From the NCBI RefSeq assembly GCF_004010195.1, contig NC_057714.1, positions 15,676,738-15,740,737 on the forward strand: a stretch of DNA of 64,000 bases, in the 5' to 3' direction. The notes below the pieces were generated by a model. That model was not told where the DNA came from. It made no database searches and saw only the letters and a program-made list of their open reading frames with translations. The DNA comes from Chiloscyllium plagiosum. Lineage: Eukaryota. Positions 13,440 to 26,022 of this stretch are shown piece by piece. A program made the translations under genes and the position numbers. Positions within the stretch are counted from its first letter, which is position 1; each line of letters begins with the position of its first letter.

Positions 13440-13670
13440 AAGAAAGGCAAGCTTGCTTGTGATTTCCCAGAGAAGGATCTTGACAGGCTGGTGAATGGGG
13501 TGATGGGAGATGAGTACAGCATCAGTCCTCTTTCTTGTTAAGCATAGTAATAGCCTATGCTACCAGACCCAGCCAGTCTGGACAAAGATAGCAACATGGT
13601 TCAGTTCTGTCTTCTATGTATGAAGGGGTAGCCAAGAAAGGGCTAATGGCACCATCTTCTGTCTGCTACC
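13440..13670 (+). pseudogene. Myb/SANT-like domain remnant (Harbinger/PIF accessory gene)
   Basis: Translates in pieces as KGKLACDFPEKDLDRLVNGVM ... QTQPVWTKIATWFSSV, resembling the Myb_DNA-bind_5 pattern (F...L..L...V ... W..IA..VS). Confidence 0.5.
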
Positions 13671-14022
13671 TCACACTTATCAGGCTTTCATTCTAACCCA
13701 GCCATTGCATGTGCATCTCACAAAGGCTGATGTGCTACAACCCTCAGAAATGCAAGCATTAAGGACTCTCAGTCATTTCATCCTCTCCAGCAACAAACAT
13801 TTGTACATAGAAACGTATGAACAAGGAGCAGGGAAGAGTCTTTTCGCCCCTCAAGCCTTATCTACCATTCAACAAGATTAATCTCACCTCATAATTTAAC
13901 CCCTTCATTGAAGTGAAGATTGTAAACTGGGTTCTCACCATTCCTCTGGGCCTCCTTGCTGGATCTTTGCCTGCTGCCTCTCCCTTTGGAGGCTATGTAA
14001 CAGCCATTGGAGATTGCTGTTA

Positions 14023-14340
14023 ATTAGATTAGATTACTTACAGTGTGGAAACAGGCCCTTCGGCCCAACAAGTCCACACTGACCCTCCGAAGAGCAACCT
14101 ACCCAGACCCATTCCCCTACATTTACCCCTTCACCTAACACTATGGGCAATTTAGCATGGCCAATTCACCTAACCTGCACATCTTTAGACTGTGGGAGGA
14201 AACCAGAGCACCTGGAGAGAACCCACGCAGACATGGGGAGAATGTGCAAACTCCACACAGACAGTTGCCCGAGGCAGGATTTGAACCCGGGTCTTTGGCG
14301 CTGTGAGGCAGCAGTGCTAACCACTGTGCCACCGTGCCAC
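14023..14340 (-). mobile_element. HE1-like V-SINE
   Basis: tRNA-like head (tggcacagtggttagc box A, ggttcaaatcc box B), V-domain tgtgtggagtttgcacattctcccc, (atcta)n tail. Confidence 0.9.
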
Positions 14341-14710
14341 CTGTTCTTACTGAAGCTTTCAGACTTGCTGTCTCCTCCTTTGCCTTTTGATTAAGAGCAA
14401 GATCTCAAGGAAGCCAAGCATAAATCTGCCATTTCAGCTCTGTAAGTAGATAATATGTGGTCACGTTGGAGAGATCACGCAGCATTATTGAAGGAAGACC
14501 TGAATCTTCACCTTCATAGGAATCAATCAAAGTATAGAATTTTCCCAAGAAAATCATTTGATAAGAACCTCTGAGTATTTGACCTTATCAAATACACAAC
14601 TGTCCATGCTCCACTGCGAGTAGGTTTCTGGCCATAGGTAACCAAGGAAAGTCACCCATCTGAACTTCCCTTCCATATTAAGGCCCAGGTACTTATAGTC
14701 CATATGCAAG

Positions 14711-14767
14711 GAGAAAGTGAGGACTGCAGATGCTGGTGATCAGAGCTTAAAAATGTGTTGCTAAAAA
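14711..14767 (-). mobile_element. PLE family A extreme terminus (57 bp) with 14 bp TSD
   Basis: TSD agtccatatgcaag at 14697-14710 and 14768-14781. Confidence 0.82.
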
Positions 14768-15379
14768 AGTCCATATGCAAGTCAAATTTGTATGTATGCA
14801 AGTGGGAATTCAATGCAGAACAATATAAAGCAGCCATTTGTAAATGCAGGAAATGTTAGTATGTCAAGTATTTAAAATTACATCTCTGTACGGGATTGTG
14901 TTCACAAATATGAGTGTTTATAAGTTGGATGTTCATAAATTGAGCGTTTTCTGGACAATTGGTTTCATCAAATTCTGCTTTTCAGTATTTTGTTACAATA
15001 AGACCTGTTGAGCTTACAAGAAGAGGAGGCAACATTCATGATTTCTTGAGGCCATACCTTTTCTGTATTTTTTTTGCCAATTACTGACCACCAGGTGAAA
15101 TAACAAATGAAGGAAAATGTGTGGCATTGCTTTTTCAGTGAACGCATGATTACTAAAATTATGCCTTGCAGGGTCTCAAAAGTTGGGAATTCCACCCAAA
15201 GGTTTCTTACTCTGCCCTCACTGCATGCAGTCGCAGCAAGTTTATAAACTTATTGCCCAGTTGACTTTAAAGACAAAATGGTGAGTTATCACTTGACTGA
15301 CATGTAGGTTCCATGTGTGACATGAATTCTTCCTCAGTTTTCATGCTCCCTTTTGTGTTGCTGTTATTATGATCATGAT

Positions 15380-15706
15380 AACCCTTCTGCTCCACCATTC
15401 GATCATGTCTGATATGTTTTTCAAGCCCCTTCTTCTGCCTTCTCTGCAAAACCCTTGATCCCCTTACCAATCAAGAACTGTCCATTTCTGAACTATATTG
15501 CACTCAATGACTTGCCTCCACAGTCCTCCGTGACAATGAGTTCCACAGATTGATTGAAGAAATTCCTTGTGATCTCAGTTCTAAAGAGTCGTCCCTCAGT
15601 CTGAGAACGTGCCCTGATGGTCTAGTCTCCCCTACTAGTGGAAACACCTTCTCCACATCTACTCTATCCAGGCCTCTCCCTGTTCTGTAAGTTTCAATCA
15701 GATTCC
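15380..15706 (-). mobile_element. CR1 3' fragment
   Basis: NLIETYR..RGLDRVDVEKVFPLVGETR...LWNSL in ORF 15504..15944. Confidence 0.8.
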
Positions 15707-15708
15707 GC

Positions 15709-15954
15709 ACCCCCTCCTCCTTAGAGCAGAATGGCCTGGCAGGTGCATGCATGTTTTGATTGTCCCTCCGCTCTGGAATAGTTACTGTCATAAAGAGGTG
15801 GTTTATTTGGTCAGAGACCAAGCATGATAATACCCCCTCCTCCTTAGAGCAGAATGGCCTGGCAGGTGCATGCATGTTTTGATTGTCCCTCTGCTCTGGA
15901 ATAGTTACTGTCATAAAGAGGTGGTTTATTTGGTCAGAGACCAAGCATGATAGT
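15709..15954. repeat. 123 bp tandem duplication (2 copies)
   Basis: 15709-15831 and 15832-15954, about 2 mismatches. Confidence 0.92.
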
Positions 15955-16437
15955 AGGCAAAAGTGAGGACTGCAGATGCTGGAAACCAGAGTTTAGGTCA
16001 GAGTGATGCTGGAAAAGCACAGCAGGTCAGGCAACATCCGAGAAGCAGGAAAATCGACATTTCGGGCAAAAGCCCTTTATCAGGAATAGAGGCAGGGAGC
16101 GGAAGATGAGGCATTCTTCCTTCAGGCGTCGGGTGGTGAGGGAGTGGCGGTGGAGGAGGCCCAGAACCTGCAAATCCTCAGCAGAGTGGGAGGGGGAGTT
16201 GAAATGTTGGGCCACGGGGCGGTGAGGTTGATTAGTATGGGTGTCCCAGAGATGTTCCCTAAAGCGCTCTGCTAGGAGACGTCCAGTCTCTCCAATGTAG
16301 TGGAGACAGCATCGGGAGCAACGAATACAATAAATGACATTGGTGGATGTGCAGGTGAAACTTTGATGGATGTGGAAGGCTGCTCTTCGGATGCTGCCTG
16401 ACCTGCTGTGCTTTTCCAGCACCACTCTAATCTAAAC
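15955..16437 (-). mobile_element. PLE mini-element: inverted terminal arms enclosing a GIY-YIG fragment
   Basis: ORF 16027..16425 contains FTCTSTNVIYCIRCSRCCLHYIGETGRLLAERFREH; TSD ccaagcatgata at 15941-15952 and 16438-16449. Confidence 0.88.
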
Positions 16438-19400
16438 CCAAGCATGATAATGCTGTAAGGCTGATACTTTCTTGATGCTGAGTAGTCTTGCATGAAGAGT
16501 GCAGGAAGAATGTAGTCAGTGACTATAGGAAAGCCTTGTACAAAAGAAATGGTACTATGTGAAGTGAGAATAGAAGGCCAGCATAGCCATTCTGTGAACT
16601 GCAACAGACTTCAATGAGACAAGTTGTCAGGTACCCCCACTATTTTAGCCGTCAAATCTTTACCCCATCAAGTTTATCAGTTATGAGGAGGAAATTTGGA
16701 AGTGCAAGGTTTATAATACTGACATGTAGTATTAATGAGATGCAATTTTACAGAAAACAGCTCCTCTAAGCCTTGAGGACTAGATTGTATGAATTTTTCT
16801 CTATGTTGAGAATCTCTTCTTGTTCAATCCTGTCTTGTTTAGTCATCTGGTTATTATTGTCAGCATAGTAGGCAGGGACAAATTTCATCCCTTGATTTCA
16901 TGAGTTTCCATTAGCTGAATAGTCTTTACTCATTCTTGATCTTATAAGAATATCAGAAATTGGTGCAGAAGTAGGACAAGTAACTCCCTTTAGCATTTTC
17001 TGCCATTCAACATTCCATGGTTAATTGTCCAACTCAATTCTACTTTTCCACACAAATTCCTTGATTCCCTTAAATTTTATTAATTGCAGTTTTACATTTA
17101 CTTAATGACTGGGCATCCACAGTTGTCTTGGATAAACAATTCCCAAGTTCACAACACTTTGAATGAAGAAACTTTTCCTCACCTCTTTCCTAGATGGTGA
17201 AACCATACCTGTTCTTGTTTTACTGCAGCCAATCTACAGTTCACATTGTAATATAGTTAATATCTAAAATGCTCGTATTCAATAACATTTTTATGAATGT
17301 GATTGTAACCTCTGAACTCATGTTATATATTAAAAGGTGAAATGATCAAAATCTAAGGACTACTATTTACATCTAGTCCCCACTAATGCTCAATCATCAA
17401 TCCAGTCAGGAAATTGTGGAATTGTAGCCTTTGAATAAATTCAATGATCTCTTGGGTGTACTTCTTCCAAAAAAAAAAAATCGCACAAAATGGAACAAGG
17501 ATTCATATATAAAATGTAATTTTAGTTCCCTCCCTCCATTTTCAAACTTGTACTTGATCCACCTAAGTAATTATTAGCATGAATAATTCTTCCATTAAAG
17601 AAAAGTCATGCTGTGATACCTTAAAGACAATGAATAAAATTGAAATAATGGGATCCAGCACTCAGCTTCCTTGGACTCCATGGAAAGTGGCTTTAGATTT
17701 GAAATCAATGGCACTTCAACATCATTTCGAATTTAATGCAAGTTATTATGATTAACCTTAACTTCCAAAAGGATGTGCATTGTGGTCTTGTCAGAGGGTA
17801 AGCTTTAAAAAAGTCCTGAAACAGAGATAAAATTCATCATGAAATCATCTGAACGAAAAACAGAAAATGCTGGAGAAACTCAGCAGGTTTGGTTGCAACT
17901 ATGGACAGAGAGTTATGAGTTGCATCTGTCATGACTTATTCAGGGTGCACATGCGTAACCTTTAAAAAGAAGTTGGATATGAGGTAGGAATGATCTTTGA
18001 ATTGAGTATTTTAACGAGACTGCATGCTGTTGTAATTCTGGGAGAGTTTCTCAGGCTCAGGAAATCTAACAGATGAAAAGAAGTGAAGAAGGGGTGAGTC
18101 CATGCAATAAGTGCCTTTATAGCCCTGCCTGTGTATCAGAAAAAGCACAAGTGCTTTTTGCATGCTCGATAAACAATCCAGTAAACCCTCCCACCTCTCT
18201 CTCTCATGACCTAATTGATTACCTTGTGCGCCTCCACATCTCCCAACAACCATCTGCCTCCCTGACAACCATTAGACAAGCAATAGGTCCCAACCCCATT
18301 TTAAAAAATGTGGTACGTCCAAGAAACGAGTACATTTGTATTTCCTAATCTCAAAGCAACATTCTCGAACCATCCTTGATTCGGGACTATGAGTCTATGT
18401 CTATATGACTGAAAAACAAAAACATTTTGGAAACTGAAAATCTACCATCAAGGAAGCAACTGTTGACATTAATAAATATGTCTCAAAATTTTGTCAGTTC
18501 TTTAATATCATTAGACATTACACCAGCAGTCAGAGGTCAATGAAGTCGTTTCTGTTCAAGCATTTGGACATATAGATGTAGATCACTGATTGTCCTCACT
18601 CAAATACAATGTGATTGTGTAGTGTAATGGTGATTTCAGTAAAAGCATTGATTTTAAACATGCCCTCAATACCACATTCAAATTATAATATTACTGATAA
18701 AACTGCTAAGCTCTTATTCCTCACCAGGAACAGACTGAATATTAACCATTTCTTGATCAATAATAATGAATGGAATCTTTGCCTTTTTTTTATTTTTGCA
18801 GTAGATATTCTGTTTAGAGATATTCATAAATCTGAACATGAGGAATAATAATCAAACTACATGGGAGCCACTTGTGTGCCCATAATGGGCATAAGCAGAT
18901 TTTCCTCTTCTGCCATTGGGCATTGCTATCAAAGTTATCTAATTAAAATCGGAGGACTCTGCAACTGGACCAGAAATTCAGGCGATTTGTGATTTTAAAA
19001 ATAACTTGTCATTTAACCCTACCAGTTAGTGCCTTCCGGGGTGGAATAATAACATTTTATCACATGGTCCTTTCTGTTTATTGATAGGTTTACTTACTCC
19101 TTTGGACACATGGTATGTTTGCAATTAGTTACATGTTTGATAACAGTACAGAATATGGAAAATCTGCCTATGAGCTCAGATATTGAAATATGCACTTCCA
19201 TAATGTTTATACTGAAGTCTATATTTCTAATAAGAGTGAATTTTTTCCCCTTTTGTTTTAAGTCATTCCCTCTATTCTTTCTTTCCCTTGCGAGATTCCT
19301 AGAATACCTTGGCAGTTTACCCAATTTGCTGCCAAATTCCACAGCTTTGCCATATCCACAAGTCAATTCAGTGAAAGGGAGTTTAGATCAAACTCAGACA

Positions 19401-19699
19401 AGTAGTGTCCAATTAATCTACTCTCAAGCATCAAAAATGTAAGGAAAGACACCCCACTGGCAATTATATCAAACAGTACTTGTCTTGCAAAACTCACTCA
19501 TGCTTACTTTGGCTCTGCCAAGCCATCAGTAGAATTGCACGGCTCTAGGCCTCACTTTAGTTTTAGTACAAACATGGATGAAAGAGTTGAACTCAAGAGG
19601 GAAGCGAGGGTAATTACTCTCAACATCATTTGACTGTAGTGTAGTGCAGCAGCATAGATAGTTTACCCTGTATCCTCACACTTTGACCACTAATTCTAG

Positions 19700-20960
19700 A
19701 GTTCACAACCAAGGGAAAAATTCTTCTCTGCATTTAGTCTGCCCATCCTTGTAAGAATTTAATGTGTTTCAATCAAATCCCATATCATCTTTTTGAATAC
19801 CAGTGAATGTAGATCCAATCAAATCAATCTCTTATCACAACATTCCTGCTGTGCCCCAAATCAGCCTAAGGGAACGTCCAATGCACTTTCTCTACAGCAA
19901 GTATACCCTCTGTTAGGTAGGAAGACCAAAACTGCATGCAATACTTCAGGTATGATCTCACCAAGGCCCTGGGTAATGACAGTAAAAAATCCCCACTTCT
20001 GAATTCAAGTTCTCTTATACTGAAGGCCAATATATTACTTGCCTTCCTAATTGCTTGCTGCACCTGCCTATCTACTTTCATTCACTGGTGTACGAGGACT
20101 CTGAGTTCCCTTTGTGCATCTACATTACCCGATATATCATCATTTAAATAGTGCTCTTCCTTTCTGGTTTTCACACCAATGTGTATTACTTCACATTCAG
20201 ACACACCTGCCACCTGTTTGCCCACTCATTTAACTTGCCGAAAACACCTTGAAACCTCCTTGTATCCTCTTCATAACTCGCAATCCCACTCAGTTTTGTG
20301 TCATCAGCAAACTTGGAATGTTGCAATTGGTTCCCTCATCCAGGTAATTTATATAAATCATGAACAGCTGGAGCCCAAGCACTGATCCTTGTGGTAATCC
20401 ACTGGCATTTGAAAAAAAGAGCCATTTATTTGCAATCTCTGTTTCCGGTTAGTCAACCAATTATTGATCCATGCCAATACTTTATCCCTATCCCATATGC
20501 TTTCCCTTTGTCACTAACTTTTTTATGTGGGACCTTATCAAAAGCTTTCTGAAAATTCAAATACACTCACACTCACTGGTTCTCTCTGATCTGTTCTACT
20601 AGTTACATTGTGAAAAAAAATGCTAGTGGATTTGTTAAGCCTGATTTGCAATTCATAAACCCATACAGACTTTGTCTACGTTGACAAAGCGTGGCACTGG
20701 AAAAAGCACCGCAAGTCAGGCAGCATTCAAGGAGCAAGAGAGTCAACATTTCAGGTAAGAATCTTCTTCAGGATGTTGTATAATCTCAATAATGTTTTCC
20801 AAATTTTCTTTTGTAATAGACTCTAGCCTTTCCCCCATTCCTAATGTTTGGTTAATTGGTCTTTAACTCTCTGTTTCCTCTCTTTCTCCCTTTTTAAAAT
20901 AGTGCCATTACATTTGCCACCTCTCCAAAGCACTGCACCAAAATCTGTAGCAATTTGGAA
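19700..20960 (-). mobile_element. Decayed CR1 RT fragment, containing a PLE end at 20680-20773
   Basis: ORF 19866..20081 (ALVRSYLKYCMQFWS); gtgggaccttatcaaaagctttctgaaaattc (reverse of F.KAFDKVP). Confidence 0.8.
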
Positions 20961-21549
20961 GCTGACATTCATTTACTCATCTCCTTATCTACAGGGCTCA
21001 ATTCAGAAAATTGTTCAAACGCTCACCGCAAGCCTGAACCCCAGGTAATACTCCAAACTCTGGATGCCATCTCGGACACACAATGACTTGATGAGTACTC
21101 TATTCACCATCACAAACATTCTTTCTCTCTGCCACTAATGCATAGTGGTAATTGTGTACACTGTGTCTATAAGATGCACAGCAGCAACTCAGCAAAACTT
21201 TTTCAACAGCTCTTTCAAATTTCACAGCCTCAATCAGTTTGAAGGACAATGGTCACTTGCACAAGGAAACATCATTTTCAAATTTGTCTCCAAGCCACAC
21301 CTCACCCTTCAATATGATGGGGCCAAAATCCTGCAGCTGCCTTCAGTTGCACTGTGGGTGTCCCTAAAGCATATCCAGTATTTCAGGAATTGGGCTCTGG
21401 ACCACTTTCTCAAAAACAATTATGGCAAATGCACGCTGGTTTGTGGATCTTGCAGCTGCTCATGGGATTGCAGGCTTAGTTAAAGATTTATTACAGTTTT
21501 TTTATAGTTATTACAGACATTATAGTTTACTAACATAACATTTTTACAT

Positions 21550-21690
21550 TTGGATACATGAATAGGAAAGATTTAGCAGGATATGGACTAGGAGCAGGTG
21601 GGTGGGACTAGTTTGGTTCGGGATTATGTGCGGCATGGAATTGTTTGCACCGAAAACTCTGCTTCTGTGCTGTACGACTTTGTGACTTTA
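21550..21690 (+). mobile_element. CR1 3' tail
   Basis: ggatacatgaataggaaagatttagcaggatatgg...ctgtgctgtacgact, as in the other CR1 tails. Confidence 0.7.
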
Positions 21691-24401
21691 TAACATTCTC
21701 ATCCAATGAACGAATAAAAAAAGTAACTGAACAAGGATTGTGATTATATAATTAAAAAGGATAATGCACCTATTACAAACTATCAGCTGCAATGTTAAAT
21801 GCCAGTTCCTTCTCCAAGGATTAAAAAAGCATTTGTAGCTAGATTTTTTTGTGTAGGATGCAAAATGGTGAATTAAAAAAAATAAAAAAAATACAGAGGG
21901 TAAAATTCAAATTGGCTGGGCTTTAAACTGGATGTTATACACCTCCTTTCAGTTTTCTTTCCGATTGAGACCACATCTCCCCTCTTAAGTCTAACATGCC
22001 AAACTCAGGAAATTACACCAGTCAACAGCATGTCACTGCTTACCCCAGGAGTAAAGCTTTGGTTTCTTACGGGATTTCTTTACACTTTGTAATGAGAAGA
22101 ATGAGACAGAAAAAAAGGGGAAAAAAAATGTAAAATAAAAGGAAACCAAATTGAGGGTTGTTAAACTTATAATTGATTAGTATAACCTAATACCCTTTCA
22201 CATACTTTAATGATCACAACATAATGATTCACCTGAACTAACATACCTACTGTAACGGCATCTTTACGTTCCAAAATCTATACCATACTGGGAAGCAGTA
22301 CTATTACCAATTGTCAGTGGATAACTTACATTTTAATCATGATTACACTCACAAGTGAAACAACAGTGATCCTCTGGTACAAAATAATGGGATGGGATGT
22401 AAAAAACAATAATGTTAACAGTAAATCATATTAAGTCCTTTTAAGTCCCTTATATGCATTTACTGGATAACTAGGTCAGAACAATATTATCTTAATTGAT
22501 TTTTCAAAAGAATCCTGACAGAAATATGTCAATGCATGAATATTTCTTCATGCATCATTAAAACAAGATTGGCTTTTAACAAAAGAAGAACCCTTTGCAG
22601 AATTGATTCTTGCTTCAGGCTGCCTGCAAGTAAGTGTATTACATAAAAATCTATACAGGATATTAAAACAACACTACTCTGCAAGACAGATACAATTAAA
22701 AGCTGACACCCACACCACTATGTCTACTACAGTGGATTGCCAACAAGCACGATTAAGATCTTGAAGGTATCTGTAATCAATGTATGAATGCATTTTGGGC
22801 TATTGTTTAAGCTTATGGAAGACTTGTCAGTCGGCAGGTGTCTTGGCGCTAGGCTGTACAGTGAGAAACAGAACAGTCAAGTGGTGGAGCTTTCCATTGT
22901 GTATGTGAACTGGAATATAGAAACAGTTCTAAAAACCAGTCCAACTGATAGAATGTCACCTAGTGGTAAGCTAACCAACATGCTTTATTCTGTTTATTCT
23001 CAGGATGTGGGTGTTGCTGGTAAGCCCAGTATTTATTGTTCACTCCTAGTTGCCTTCCCAAGGTGGTGGTGAACCTCCTCCTTGACCTGTTTTAGTCCAT
23101 GTGATGAAGATGCTCCCTCACAATATTATCAGCTGTACTTTGTCAGGCTGTAGACAGTTTTTAAAAGCCATTCCTTTAATAACTGTTTTCCCACTCACAC
23201 GTTTAGACAGATTTCTGAAGGCATTCTATTACGAAACAATATTTTCCTTTAGAAATAACAAAGAATGGAAATTATCTTAGCGCATTTCTAGTGTTATTAA
23301 TAGACTATCCTCCACAGTCCCAGTGCCATGGTGACCAATTTCAGTCAGGAATCAAGCAAAAGTCCTTTCACTGAATTAAGCTTCAGTACCACCAAAAAAC
23401 CTCATCCAATGATTACCCGAGGAGAACACAAGTTGCATGCAAGCTATTGTCTATAATATGAAGATAATATCATTAATTGTAAAAGCGAGATGAAGAAACT
23501 TTTATAATGATTTTGGTCTTCATTCAAAGTATTAATGAGAATAGGGACAAGTGTGTAAATAGCCTGTAAAATACAATCTAAATTGCACAGATTTAATGCA
23601 GTCAAAAAACAAAATTTTAATGCAATATGACTTTCAAGTATGCCAATAATAAAAGTTAATAAAAACTTAGTTTAAAAAATAAACAAAAGACTTTATGATT
23701 ACATTGAAGTATTTTGTCACTATGGTGCACTTGGCATATAATAAAGGATTGGACAGGTGCTCCCTATACAATGTATTTCTTAACATTATTCTAAATCTTT
23801 GGATGTTTTGTTGCCACTCCAGAATCAAGCTCTGTATTTTTTACCTCCATTTTTATTTGCTGCCTAATTTCTACTTATTTTCTCTTTACCTCATCCAGAT
23901 CTGTCACTCCTGTCATCGTTCCACTTTTTTTCTTCTGACATGAGTAATTTGTCCACAAATTCGTGCCTTTATCCTTCAGCCATCCTCAAATACTCCACTC
24001 CACTGCTGTCTCACATTTGAACCTTTAGAAAACTGCCTGCTTCTTTTGACTCCTGCAAATTACCTCCCCGTTATTTCTCTCCTCCAGTCTCGCCTCCAAT
24101 ACAAGTACAAAGTGATCACGGACTGTTATTTCTTTACCTTTATTCAGAAATATGAACATTGCTAGCAAGGTAGTGTTTATTGTCCTTCCCCAACTGCTTG
24201 TGAGATTCTTGAATTGCTACAGTCCCAAGTGTTAAAAGCTGCTAAAGCCTAACCCACTAGTTCCAATTCCTAACTCCAAGTTCCTTCAGGTAATATACTA
24301 ATTCCAATTTATGCCTCTCTCCTGTTAATACAGAATTTAATATCCTTTTATACCCATGGTAATCTTTTACTGTTCTTCCATTTTGCAACTCAAAGTATAT
24401 T

Positions 24402-24620
24402 TCATAGTCATAGAGATGTACAGCATGGAAGCTGGCCCTTTGGTCCAACTCGTCTATGCTGAACAGATATCCGAAATTAATCTAGTCTGATTTGACAGCA
24501 TTTGGCCCATATCCCTCTAAACCGTTCCTATTCATATATTCATCCAGATATCTTTTAAATGTTATAATTGTAACATCCTCCACCATGTCCTCTGGCAACT
24601 CATTCCATACATGCATCACC
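24402..24620 (-). mobile_element. CR1 3' tail
   Basis: catagtcatagagatgtacagcatggaa tail. Confidence 0.8.
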
Positions 24621-25290
24621 ATTCCCGCTTTCCACAAAGACTGCTCCCTCCTTGACTACCTGGTCAGGTCCACCTTTTTCCCACCCCCCCCCTCACCCTC
24701 CCCCAACAACCCACCCTACCTTCCTGGCACCCTCCCCTGCTACCGCAGGAATTTGATAACCTGCGCCCACACCTCCTCCCTCACCTCCATCCAAGGCCCC
24801 AAAGGAGTCTTCCACATCATCAAAGTTTTACCTGCACATCCACCAATATCATTTATTGTATCCGTTGCTCCCGATGTGGTCTCCTCTACATTGGGGAGAC
24901 TGGACGCCTCCTAGCAGAGCGCTTGAGGGAACATCTCTGGGATCCCCGCACCAATCAACCCCACCGCCCTGTGGCCCAACATTTCAATGCCTCCTCCCAT
25001 GCTGCTGAGGACATGCAGGTCCTGGGCCTCCTTCACCGTCGCTCCCTCACCACCTGACACCTGGAGGAAGAACACCTCATCTTCCGTCTCGGAACACTTC
25101 AACCCCATGGCATCAATGTGGATTTCACCAGTTTCCTCATTTCCCCTTTCCCCCACCTCACCTCAGCTCCAACCTTCCAGCTCAGCTCTGTCCCCATGAC
25201 TTGTCCTACCTGCCTATCTTCCTTTCCACCTATCCACCAACCTCTTCTCTGATCTATTGACCTGCTGTGCTTTTCCAGCACCACTCTAAC
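24621..25290 (+). mobile_element. PLE 3' fragment (GIY-YIG region + terminus)
   Basis: FTCTSTNIIYCIRCSRCGLLYIGETGRLLAERLREH encoded at ~24826-24935; ends gacctgctgtgcttttccagcaccactctaa. Confidence 0.88.
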
Positions 25291-25948
25291 CATAACAAGC
25301 TGCCTGACTTTTTGTCTGTGCTAAAAGAGAAGTCAAGAAAGAACTATGGTGAGTCTTTAATTTCTGGCTGAAGGTGCAAAGCACAAAACAGCAATACAAG
25401 GCAGAGACCCTGTGAACATCCAAGCAGATGCAAAGCAAGCAAGCACTGCAATAGTAAGCAAGGAACTCTGTCCAAAATGGAGGCTGGTAGGTGCAAGTGG
25501 CAAGTGTACTTCCTCTGCCTTTTGCATCAGATATTGTCACCATCTGGTTTTTATCCAGTAAGTAGAAAAATAGGAAACTCCTTTTCAACGAGCTGAGATT
25601 AGATAAGAATGGCATGCCAACACGTGCAAATAGATGCAAGTGGGCCTCTCACTCACTGGTGAGATTCATATCTCACCATTCAAAACTTGGTTGGAGTATC
25701 CAATATTTTCCTTTTGACATCAAAAATTTCATTTCTGCATTTCATTCGTTTTTTTTTACCCCAACTGACTTGCCAATGTTCATGCTGTTCAGGGACAGTG
25801 TAAGAGTCAGCCTATTGGCTTTCTCCCTGTTACCAGCACAACCTTCAAAACTCCCATTTACAGCTGCAGAGATCCTTTGATCATACAGTTCTTTACTATT
25901 TCAACATTCCTTTTGTTTCTCTACTCCCCCCACTGTCCATATGAAAGG

Positions 25949-26022
25949 CCTCCTTGTGCTATGCTGTCATGGTATTTGTTCACCTCCTCCTTGTGCTATG
26001 CTGTCATGGTATTTGTTCATCT
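25949..26022. repeat. 37 bp tandem duplication
   Basis: cctccttgtgctatgctgtcatggtatttgttca(c/t)ct x2. Confidence 0.9.

Noticed and set aside
19295-19438. Candidate plus-strand exon (pyrimidine tract + ag ... gtaagg)
   Set aside because: Weak acceptor (gag), unrecognisable peptide and no partner exons.
22532-22555. Small hairpin atgcatgaa..ttcatgcat
   Set aside because: A 9 bp AT-rich stem is plausible by chance in 64 kb.
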